Assembly: GCA_964247055.1 (NCBI GenBank)
Contig: OZ176057.1
Location: 5,518,001-5,582,000 of the forward strand
Direction: 5' to 3'
DNA: 64,000 nucleotides
Source: Paragordius varius
Taxonomy: Eukaryota > Animalia > Nematomorpha
In this document: positions 50,101-61,682 of the stretch, in pieces
Layout: each line of letters starts with the position of its first letter
How positions within the stretch are numbered: the stretch's first letter is position 1
Program-made: the position numbers and the translations under genes
Notes under the pieces: model-generated
The model's database searches: none
What the model was told of the DNA's origin: nothing
The model's input: only the letters and a program-made list of their open reading frames with translations

Positions 50101-53100
50101 TCAACAATTCAAATTCACCCCCTAAAATAAATTATGTGTTTTTTAAGATTTAAAATCGCCTATATTTTTTAAATTTATAAAAAAATATACGTTTAAAATT
50201 AATATAATACTGTTATAATAATAAACTATGCCATAAGAATATATTTCTTGTTAAATATGATAAGTTATATTAGCAGCCCGAAAACGCAAAATTTATCTTT
50301 AGGGTGTTGAATTTGAATTGTTCAAGGGTAAATTAGAATTATAATCGTATAATGATAGGAACAAATTAAAGAGATGTTAAAGAACATATATTTCTGTTGT
50401 TCAAAGAAAATAAATGCAAAAAAAAGAAAAATACCATAATCAGGATTAAAAATTTGTTGAATGACAAGTTGAAAAAATTCTTTGCTCAGTCCACCCTGGT
50501 CATGACCAGTTTCGCCCTCAAATTCAACCAGCAGTTGACGTCTAAGGTATTCTGGATTTTCTTCAACAATCATTTCCAACTAAGCAACCAACAATCAAAA
50601 GCATTACATTAGATAAAACATTTAAACTTAATAACAGTTGTTAAAATCCGTAAGATAACGATAAAATAGAATTAAATGAAAATATAAATAGAAATAATTA
50701 TAATGTGAAAACACCAAGTCAAATGGTAATCGCAGACTAGTTTCGTGCTTGTTAGCACTCATCAGTACGTACGAAACAACTATTTGACTTGACTTGGGGT
50801 TGGTTTCACATATCGATTTCGTATATATTCTATTTATACTTTGATTTAATTCCATTTAATATTCCTCTATGTTATCCTTCCTACGGATTTTAACAACTGT
50901 TATTACAAAACATAACCAATCCGTTATTTACCATTTAAACTTAACCCCCATATATTCTACCATTTACAATTCAACATCACCCTTAAACAACTCAAATTCA
51001 CCCTTAAACAACTCAAATTCACCCTTGAACAATTCAAATTCACCCCCTAAAATAAATTATGTGTTTTTTAATATTAAAAATTAGTTATATTTTTTTATAT
51101 TTTTAAAAACAGAAATATTGTTTAAAATTAAAATAATACTGAAAAATCAATAAACTATGCCATAAAAATATATTTAATTTTAATGATATATTAGACTGAA
51201 ATTTCATAATTTATTTTTAGGGTGAATTTGAATTGTTCAAGGGTGAATTCGAATTGTAAATGGTATATTTACAGTGAAAATTGAAATTATACGGACAAAG
51301 CGTGTAAAAATATAAAGACAATTCTTTTCTAAAAGACAATAACCATACTTTTTCACACCTTAATTTTTCCTTTATAAGCTATTTTTTAATTACGAATGTA
51401 AGATATAAAATTGATTGTGTAAGTTATAAATATATATATCTGTATTTCATACTTTTCAATAATTAAATAATAAGTTATAATTAAAAAAATCAAGAATTAA
51501 AACGCATGATTGTCTTTAAAAAAAAATCCGTCTTTATATTTTTTTACGTTTTCTCGGTATAATTTTAATTTTTACTATATATTAATTAACCTGAATTATA
51601 TTTTAATGCATAAATATTTAAGATGCCATAAAAATTTAGGGCAAACAAAACACTTAAAAAGTGAAAGTTTTATTTTTACTTTTAATTTTGTATAATACCT
51701 ATAAAATTGATTTTTCCAATTTACATCGAAAACGATAGGTTAAATTTATAGAAAAAAAAACAATAATAATATTTACAAATCTGGTCTTTGAAACAATTAT
51801 TTGTATTATTGACAACTAGAAATCACAATAAGTTTTCCTAATCCAATTATTTTTAGATACAAATATATAAAACTCTCTTTTTCATTGTTAAACCATGTAA
51901 AGCTTGAATTAAAATTTCAAATAATTTTGTTTTTTAAGTTTAGTTAATAAAAAATTTCATTTTTTTCCTACATTTGCTAAACAATCAGCTATAAGGTGAG
52001 AACGCCTAACATGGAATCGTAAATAAGCTTCAAATTCTTGTGGATGATTTTCATTTGGATTTTCATTTGGATTTAAAGGATTTCGGTTTTGATTTAAAGG
52101 ATTTCGGTTTTGTTGAACATTTATACCATTTATATTATTTTCGTGAGAATTATTAAGTAAACTTTGAATAAATAGTACGCGTCTTTCATCATACATACGT
52201 ATACGATTATCTAAATGTAACCCTAAAATGTATAATATATATATATATACCATTTAATATTCACCTTGAACAATTCAAATTTACCCCCTTGAACAATTCA
52301 AATTCACCCCCCTTGAACAATTCAAATTGACTGCCCTAAACATTCAAATTCACCCTTGAACAATTCAAATTCACCCCCCCCCCCCCCTTGAACAATTCAA
52401 ATTCACCCCCTTTTAGACAATTCTAATTCACTTATATGTCTTTTAAGATTAAAAATTAACTATATTTTTATATTGGATTCGTATTAACGTCGTGAATAAT
52501 GAAAGAAAATAAAAATAAATTTATTATAGTTTCGCCCAATGGCATCATCAGGAGTTGTTAAAAGAAAAAACTTAAAATAAAGTACAGCAAAGAAAAAAAT
52601 ATAAAATGAAATTAAATGTGAGACAAATCAATACATATAAATTGATACAATGGACAAAGGAAAGTAACATGCCATTGGGCGAAAATTTGAGTCTATAATA
52701 AATTTATTTTTATTTTCTTTCTTTATTCACGACGTTAACACGAACCTTATTTAAACAACCCATCGTCGTCCACTCAATTTATATTTTTATATATTTTTTA
52801 AAAAATAAAATTTTGTTTTAAAATAAAATAATACTGAAAAAATAATAAACTATGTCATCTATAAAGATATATTTCATATTAATATGGAGTCATATTAGTT
52901 CAAAAACACATAATTTATTTTTAGGATGATTTTGAATTGTTCAAGGGTGAATTTAAATTGTTCGAGGATGTATTTGAATTGTTAAAGGGTGAATTTGAAC
53001 TGTAAATGGTATGTATATGTATGTATGTATATATATATATATATATATTTTATACTACACCGAGCAAAATTAATTAAAATTTGGTAAATTTTTATTTAAG

Positions 53101-56100
53101 CAAATGGTAGGATATTTTATTGTAATAAATGCCTTTTTCGAGAAAAATGATACATGTAGGTGGGTGTCGATTGAAATGAATAAATAAGGTAATTTACTTT
53201 TTTTGGCCTTAAAATACTGGAAAAGTTAGAAATTTTAAAATTTAATATCTGACAAAACTATATAATACGATAATTATCTTTAAATAAATCCTATGAAATA
53301 CATATTTTAGCAAAATGTCATAATACAGTAAAAACTAAAATTATACGGACAAAACGTAAAAATATATGGATAAATATTTTTTTTTCTAAAAGACAACCAT
53401 ACTAAATAAATCTTTATTAATTTACTTATAACTCATAGTTTTAATTTCTAAAGTATAAAATAGAAATGTATAATTGGTAACACAATCAATTACCTATATT
53501 ACGATTGGTAATGAAAGGTTTTAATAGGATAAATTAAGGTTTGAAAAAGTAGGGGGTTGTCTTTAGAAAAAAAAATTGTCTTTTATTTTTTCGTTTTGTC
53601 CATAGTATAATTTCAATTTTTACTGTATATGCATTTTTTCATAAATATCTCAATTTCAGGTTATATGTGTGACTTTAAAAGGTATTGACTTTCAGTTTAG
53701 ATTAATCTAATCAAAATTACAAAGTTAACAGTATTTTTAACTCAAAATTTATTAATTATTGATTGGTATCATATCCTACTATTAAAGTTAAAATGCACAG
53801 ATATCATCAAAAAATTTACCGTATTGTTTCGTAGGCGTAGATAATACAAACGGATGCCCCAAAAACGAAAATTGTTGATAAATGCTATTTTTATCACTAG
53901 AAATAATATGTTTGTTCATTTAAAGACCATGGGGTTAATGCATAAAATGCTTTTTAAAAATTAATCAAAAATAAAAAAAATAAGAAACCTATTCATAATG
54001 TATTGCCCACATGAGGATGTAACTGTTGAACCTGATGAAGATTTTGGAAATCTAAAAGAAAAATTAATATTACAGTAAAATTAAATAAAAAAATTGAGTA
54101 AACAGATTACTCAAGTATAAAAGAAAGGTAATCTCATTAAATAATAAAAATGTAAGCAACCAAGTCAAAGGGAGAACATTTAGTAAGCAAGTGTGCTAAA
54201 AATAAAATGAAATTTGCGTGCATGTTTTATTGTTACAAAATCTTTGTTTAGAAATTTTTTTTAACATTCATTTTTATGTGAAATACATTCTAGTATACCA
54301 TTTATAATTCAAATTCACCCTTGAACAATTCAAATTCACCCTTCAACAATTCAAATTCACCCTAAAAATAAATCATGTGTTTTCGGGGTAATAAAACTCA
54401 GCATTAATAAGAATATTCTTATAGTATTATTTTTCTGTATTATATTAATTTTAAAAGCATTTTTATTTTATAAAATTTAAAAAATTACACTAGTCGACAA
54501 ATTTGGACATTTTTAAGCACCACCACTCAAACTTTTTAAATTATGACTAATTTTAGTTTTTTAAAACCGAATTTAAAAAAATTTTTGATCCCGCCAATCA
54601 GAATTTTGAAATTTTATAGTTTTTTCAATTTTTCAAAAACAAGAGAAAATCGAGAGAAAATTAAATATAACTTTATAATAAAATGTTATTATATTATAAA
54701 CTTAATATCATTTAATAGAGCGTTTTAAACTCCATCTTTTGATTATAAATATGTCATTTAAATATCAGAGAGAAAAAAATAGTACGGACTTAAACGTCAA
54801 AATTTAGTCTTTTTTTTTCAAGAGAATTTTTAACACATATAAATTTTTTTTAATAAATACTAAAAAAGGCATTCTATGGTTTAAACCTTCGGCTTTCAGA
54901 TAGGCTATATTTTCTTTGTTATTTTTCGTTCTTTTGAGTACTTATTAGACTTTTTCTCTTGAGTTGGTTCTTAATAAAAATCCTTTATTTATACCTAGTG
55001 GATATACCTTATTTTTTAAAAATTATTGGTTGTTTTGTATTTTGAATTTCAGATGGATGTTGTGTAGCCACTTTTAGTAGAATTTACTGTTATGGGATTG
55101 GACCATTTGTATTTACCTAATTTATATTCAATTTAATTGTAGAATTTATCTAACTTTATTCTGTGAATTGGTTAATTTTACATGTCAATTTGCCTGGATT
55201 TTGCTTGCAAGTCTCTCTTATCGGACTTTACGATTACTTATGTTATCTTTGCCACATCTGGCATAATTATAGGATCGCTTGGGGGATATGCAGAGCTTGT
55301 GCAGCCGCCCGGATCTATCACACTATACATAAGCCTCTTTTAGATTTTTAATACTTTGGCTCTTAGCTTGTTTAGTATCTTATTTAATGCCTAGAATTTT
55401 GTTATTCATACATGGAATATTACTTGTATCGACTTGCCTGTTTGAATATTTAAACATATGTGCACGAGGAATGATTGTTTTTTTGAATTAAATACAAATT
55501 TAAAAATTAAATTTTGGAAAAATCCTATTGGTGGCCTCAATTTTCTTTTTTGTTTTGGCTTTTCCATGCCATTAGGTATTAGAAAATGCAAAAATAATGG
55601 GGTGGTGCAAAACCTTGTTGATCAGTGTTATAGGTAATTTTTAATCTAATAAAACATAATTTATGTTTAGGGTAAATTTAAATTTTTCAAGGGTGAATTA
55701 GAATTGTTCGAGGATGAATTTAAATTGTTCAATGGTGAATGTGAATTGTAAATGGTATATATCCATCAAATTTCGTTTAATAATAGTACTTATGTGCCTG
55801 TTTAATTTTTAAATACGAAATTTGCAATTTTTTAGAAAATTGTTTAATGTTTAAAATACAGAAAAGGCCCTCATAATGACCTTGGTAATTAATTTATATT
55901 ATTTTTTTAAAAATTATATAATTATTAAAGAAAATTACTGGCTTGTCAATATTTTAAATTATTTTACATGTTCACTAAAAGCTTAAAAAGCTGTATTTAT
56001 TTAAAAAATTATATATGATAAAAAAATCCTTGAGTTTTGACTTGATTAATGAATCTAAAAACGAATGTGCCCACCTAAAATCTAAATAATCCCTTTCTAG

Positions 56101-58269
56101 TATAAGGACACTCTCGATGGCATCATTAACAAATTCTCGGTCTGCCAGCACGGGTTTAGGACAAGCATGTGGTAAATATGAGCTAATAAGATTTTCAGAT
56201 GCAAATATTTTCCACATTTCTGCTGCATTATTCATAACGCCTGTTTTATTGGCATCATAATCAAGATTGTGATATGTGAATTTAATATTATTATTATTAT
56301 TATTATTATGGTTGTTAAATTTATTTGAGTTATTTGGGATTAGGGCCTTATCGATATTATAAAATGGGGTAAGACGTATCTCTAAAGCCGATTTCCTAGG
56401 ACTTATAGGACAGGCTAAATCTCTCCATATAACACCTAATAAAATTATGTAAAAGTTTAAAAAGTAAATAATTATTCAGCATTAAATAAAGAAAATAAAC
56501 TTATATATTCCGAGGTTGTGGACTTTGCTATTCTTGCTATATCTTCTTTTTTATCATACAGATAAGATTTTTGTGGTGGCATAACTGTATTATTATCATT
56601 GCTTTTAGAAAATGGAATGTTATCATTGGGTGATATGCAAGTGTTTGGGTTAAAAAAGGACAAATTTTCCAAATATGTTTCTCGGGTAGGGTATAATTTA
56701 GATCTTATAACATTATAAACGTTTTGATATGAAGTTGTAGAGTTAAAATTGGTTTCCATAATATATGGATTAGGATTATACAAATTGTTATTTGTAATTT
56801 CATCAACCTTGATAAATTTGGTAAGGTCAAATTCTCTGATCTCTCCAGCAAGTAAATTAGCGTAATACAAAATTTCCAAACTCTTTACGCATTCAATAAT
56901 GAGCTTATCATCGTTAACGGTACGTTTAGGGTCTTGATTATAAGGTTCTATATTATAAAGCGAAAAAACTTTATAATATCTAAAAATACCATATCAATAT
57001 TACAGAAAAAATAATTAGTGTGATTAAAATTATTCAAATCTAAAAAAATTATTTCATCGGGATAAAAGCAAATAAATACATATTTATATTCTTAACCTTA
57101 TACGTTAACTTATAATCATCATTATCGTCTGCCGTTTACCAATTCATATTTTTTGGCAATCTTAACAAAAGATATTTTAATATTTTGGTATTCTTTTTGT
57201 GTTATTACTGTAATACCCTTATCTATCCTCCGTGTAATAATGTATTGTATGGCGTGAACGGCATTAGAAAGTTTTTTCACATTAAATGCCACTGAGAGAT
57301 ATTTTATAAGCCGTGCCTTCATACCCAAAGGTGTTAACGCTAAAAGTCGACAAATGTGAGGACCAGCTTTCACAAGAAAATCATTGTCTTGAACATTGTT
57401 AAGCAAAAGCTTGTTTGGAACCGGTGGTTGATCCTTAACTGTAATAATGTTTTTCGGACTAGGGTCAGAGTTTTCTGAACTATTTAAAGTTTGTTGACAA
57501 TCCTTCATTTTGTCCGTGGGAGATGTATAACTATCAAAAATGGCTAAAAGGCTTACAAGTGCTACAAGTATACATAAAGAGTCTCGGGCCGTATTTAATC
57601 CATTTTCAATCTGGGATAATGAGGCGTTTGTGGTATATCCAGAAACAGAAGAAACGTTTGACAGGATAGATGTTTTGAAACTTTGAGAATGTTTTAGATT
57701 GGTATTTTTATTAATATCCATGCTAAATTTTACAGACATTCACATTAATAACAAAATAATTACTAACGCTTAACAAGTAAAAAAGATATACAACCTTGGT
57801 GCTTTTGTATCATATTTAAATTCAAAATCGATTCTGTAACACAATCCAATGATAGCTTCGGTCAATGAAGATGCTAAAAGCCTTGGAATACTATATTTCT
57901 TTGAATTTTCCGCACCAAACATTAAATTAAATGCTTCAAACATTTCATCAAATTCAAGATCAGGAGGCTTTTTGAAAAAGGCATCGGTTGAGCCATAAAC
58001 GAATTTCAGGATTTTTTCTAATTCACCTAAAAATAAATTATTCCTTTCAACATCTATATATTTATTATTAATAAACTGTTAGATCGACGAAAACTTTTCC
58101 CAATAAATTTATTTGAACTAAAACATCGAATTATTAGTAAAACAATATCGTTATATGAATTGTCTGTAAGCGCTTCATCAAATATGTCCAAAATTATGGG
58201 CAAATTGATAAATTTTAAATCTATAATAACAATAAATATACCTCGAATGTTTATTTTTTCGGATTTCAT
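44195..58269 (-). CDS. UBE3A: UBE3A/E6AP-like HECT E3 ubiquitin ligase, 16 coding exons, ~1058 aa
   Basis: Exons 58269-58077, 58026-57795, 57722-57217, 56947-56501, 56435-56075, 54051-53989, 53884-53820, 52222-51972, 50579-50435, 49758-49523, 47569-47461, 46932-46865, 46310-46152, 45736-45663, 45083-44937 and 44315-44195 (3177 nt, phases consistent). Motifs [50 protein letters not shown] and catalytic LPSAHTCFN...KGFGLV*. Confidence 0.92.
47600..47830. repeat. Expanded tandem array (~11 units of 21-23 bp) inside a family-B MITE
   Basis: Head-to-tail AATT(T)CACCCTTGAACAATTCA units with no spacers. Confidence 0.9.
48893..49500. repeat. Three tandem ~217-bp units, each internally palindromic
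   Basis: Units start at 48893, 49110 and ~49325; each has the 26-bp inverted repeat TTGATTTTACTTTGTTTTTAATTGTT around a GCCTGCTAAAAATGCGCATGTTGAA core. Confidence 0.88.
50629..50905. mobile_element. ~277-bp fold-back element containing the hammerhead
   Basis: Perfect 24-bp terminal inverted repeat (50629-50652 / 50882-50905); imperfect complementarity continues inward to the ribozyme. Confidence 0.8.
50715..50791 (-). ncRNA. Type I hammerhead ribozyme with a minimal palindromic helix III
   Basis: Minus strand reads CAAGUCAAAU AGUUGUUUCGUA CGUA CUGAUGA GUGCU-AACA-AGCAC GAAA CUAG UC^UGCG AUUACC AUUUGACUUG. Complete core, 5-bp helix II closed by G-C, GUC cleavage triplet, helix I CGUA/UGCG extended by a 10-bp distal stem. 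Confidence 0.88.
52475..52746. mobile_element. Unclassified MITE (GG..CC ends, ~80-bp imperfect TIR) nested in a family-B MITE
   Basis: TTCGTATTAACGTCGTGAATAA / TTATTCACGACGTTAACACGAA arms; host MITE 52248-53011 resumes afterwards. Confidence 0.75.
54880..55600 (-). mobile_element. Possible highly decayed retroelement fragment in a UBE3A intron
   Basis: Raised GC. Broken frames give [16 protein letters not shown] (weakly like non-LTR RT) and KNKVYPLGI (weakly Penelope-like). No intact motif. Confidence 0.25.
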
Positions 58270-58347
58270 TCTAAAAATTAAAAATCCAATTTAAGACATC
58301 TGTGTAAATATTGATGTGCTTACTTTTAGTCAACGGTTGAAACTTAA

Positions 58348-58915
58348 CACTTGGATACAACACATTCATTTTAGTCCTTCGAATTGGGGTAGTTAAATAC
58401 CCAAGGCCTGTTTAAAATTAAATTATTTAAAAAATATGGAAGGAATTAAAACCATGGCAAAAACGTGCACTTATATAACATTAATAAACCGAAATATATA
58501 ATTTTTATCAAAAATACTTAATATTACTTATATTGAGCTAAGATCGAAAGGTAAAAATTTAGTCAACGTGACATGCGTGCAATGGTAAGAAAAATAATAA
58601 AAAAAACAGCTTTTTCTATTTCCATCAATGTTAGATATAATTTAAATAAAAAATTAGCTTTACATTTACCCTTAAAATTAAATGAAGACGATATTTTGCA
58701 AAAATTTTGTAAAATAAAAATGGTGTCCAAGTAGTTTGACATGGAACTTTTTTTTTCAAAACAAAATTTTATTTAGATATTTTGCTGTATTTATATAATT
58801 TTTATTAGGATAGAAGCATAAATTAAAATTGGGACCGTTTCCTTCAGTACTTTTATAAAAATCCTAAATTATATTTAGTATGGGGTATTTAGATACCCCA
58901 ATTTGAATCGAAGTC
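58348..58915. mobile_element. piggyBac-type MITE (family P) adjacent to the UBE3A start
   Basis: TTAA at 58344-58347 and 58916-58919; CACTT...AAGTC ends. Confidence 0.88.
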
Positions 58916-59205
58916 TTAAATACCCATAAGTATATCTTTTAATACATGATTTATAATTTTCAAAAATTTTGTTACCATTTATATTTATTTTAATTTGATA
59001 CTAAAATTATTTAAAATATAATGAAAAAACTTATATTTACCAATTATACAAAAAAATTAAGTCATATACTCCTTTAATTATACCCAATGAAACGTTTCTA
59101 ATATTAATCCAATTATTTGGTTAAAATATGATAATTATCATAAAATAATTTTCCTTAGTTTTTATGATTATAATAACAGCTAAAGTATGATATTTACCAT
59201 GTTAA

Positions 59206-59773
59206 CATTTGGATACAACACATTCGTTTTAGTCCTTCGATTCAAATTGGAGTAGTTTAATACCCCAGGCCTGTTTGTATATAATTCTTTAAAAAATATG
59301 GAAGGAATCGAAACTATGAAAAAATTCTGAACTATAACATTAATAAACCGAAATATATTAAAAATTTCAATTAAAAAGACTTGATATTACTTATTTTAAG
59401 TAAAAACCGAAAGGTAAAAATTTAGTCAATGTGACATAGGTGCAATGGTAAAATTGAAATATAATACAAAATAAACCGCTTTTTCTATTTTTATCAATGT
59501 TAGATGTAATATAAATAGCAAATTAGCTTTAATTTTACACTTATAAATTGAAGACGATATTTTGCAAAAATTTTGTAAAAAAATGGCATCGAATTAGTTT
59601 GACATGAAGTTTTTTTTCAAAACGAAATTTAATTGAGATATTTTGGTATATTTATATAATTTTTATTAGGATAGAAGGATAAATTTAAATTCGGACCGTT
59701 TTCAGTAATTTTTTAAAAGTCCTAACTCAAATTTAATCTGGGGTATTTAGATAACCCAATTTAAATGGAAGTG
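59206..59773. mobile_element. piggyBac-type MITE (family P), second copy in the same orientation
   Basis: TTAA at 59202-59205 and 59774-59777. Confidence 0.88.
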
Positions 59774-61682
59774 TTAATAATAGATCATATAAGGCATATT
59801 TCAATATTATTACAGTATCAAATGTGATGACGTTTTAATAGGGTTTTATCTTGACCTCTCTCTATAAATGTAAATTCACAAATCGTTTAAAATTGATTAA
59901 TTAAAAATACACCTCTATGTTGGAGCGTGGAATCAGTTAATCTAATGGTATGTATTATAGTTAAAAAATTTCCCTCCGAATATTTTACATTTTCAGTTAA
60001 ACAGGTAATACAACTATGAATCAAATTGGGGTTTGGCTAAGGCCAACTTTGCTTAAATTCTAATAATATGAAGTGTGCTCTTTACAATTATGCCTCTATA
60101 TTAATATACATTAGTTAAATAGTAAATATTAGTTTTGACAAAAAAATTTTCATCACAAACTTTTTCGACCCTATTTTTATTTCAAAAAGGTTTGGAAAAA
60201 AATCAAAGTTTTTGAATTTACTACCAAAATATAAGTCTTTTTTAAATGCATTGCATTAAGCAATAATAGGGAGTTGAGCTTGACGAATTGAATGTTGAGT
60301 ATGTTATATTAATAAGTGTTCAGTTAAATACATAATATTTATTGAAAATGTTGGGGCAATATATTGTCGAAATTCACAAAATCGGGGGAAAATCTTTATC
60401 AATAATATTTGTTGAAAAAAATATTTAGTTTATCTGGTGCCTAAACTAGAACTTTATACAAAGTTAAATCAAATTTTTAGGCAACCCCTTCGAATCAAAA
60501 TAGCAATTTAAGCGCACATTGTGTTATTAACATAAGCTAGACCAAATTTACCATATATAAAAAATTATTGTGGCAAAATCTTGTAATTTTTGGGTTTATT
60601 TTCCTATTTTGCAAGATACCAAATGTGCACTGCGTTAAAATAAATTTTTTATTTTAAAATTAAACTTTTTAACGAATTGAAAAAATACTGAGTTTGTAGT
60701 CTTGATTTAAACTTAAAAGAGACCATTTAAATATACCAGATTCAAAAATAATGTTCATCCCAAGCCCCAAAATTTGACACAATGATTATAATTATTTAGA
60801 TTTAATAGTAATTTTTAGGTTTGAAAGGAGGTCCAATATTTATGGCTTTTTTTGAATAAAAAGAAAAAAATATTTAACAATACTAAATTTTAACTTTAAA
60901 ATAGGTTTAAATATATATATGTTAATATATATAATTGTGGTGATATTTAATCTAAACCGCGATAATTTAACATGATGGATTAATTGTTTTAAAACCATTA
61001 TAATGTATTGAGTTTTGATCCATGAAAATGAATATCTATATTGGTAGATATAATTTTCAAAAAATACAGATTAAACAATTACGTATTTCATTTTAACGAT
61101 TAGGATCAGAGCCGCGGCTCATGTGCTTATTTAGAGTATAAATGAGTGCGTAAACAGCTAGGAATTCATGGGTTTTAATTTCCTTGAGACCAAAGATTAT
61201 TTTATGGCCCTTTAATATTTTTTGTTAAGTCTCACTGTTTTAAGTTTTACAATTGTTACCACACTTTTTAAAAAACTTTGAATATTATTTATAAATATCT
61301 ATTTTGTAAAATTGGGTTTATATATAAACTAACATAATATTTACAAAGATAACTATGACATAAATGAAAATGTATAAGTGATTCAATCTGATCGCATACA
61401 TATTGAGGGCGATAAATAAAGTCGCACTTGACTTACAATTCAAGTGTAGCAAGTTGAGCAAGTTTACTTAAGCCAGCAAACGTACACTTGAAGATCGGTG
61501 TTAAAAAAACACTTAAGTGAAGTCTATGAATGTAGGTAGAATTTTTTTGCCACCTAATTCAAAATTTACGGAAATTATTTTGATCGTTTCAACCAAAATA
61601 TATGAAATGAGGTATTAAAAAGCACAACCACTATAAAATATACATTTATTGTCTAACAAACTCAATGATACGTATGTTGGAA

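Noticed and set aside
52525-52560. Second hammerhead-like motif on minus (CUGAUGA-UGCCAUUGGGC-GAAAC)
   Set aside because: Extra U before helix II, no helix III or NUH triplet, no helix I partner. At most a relic.
47520-54050. CTGATGA occurrences at ~47523 and ~54032
   Set aside because: Both lie in UBE3A coding exons and lack helix II/GAAA geometry.
59800-61600. Search for an upstream UBE3A AZUL exon
   Set aside because: No YY.QL..GC...C.N..C pattern found in the minus-strand frames examined.
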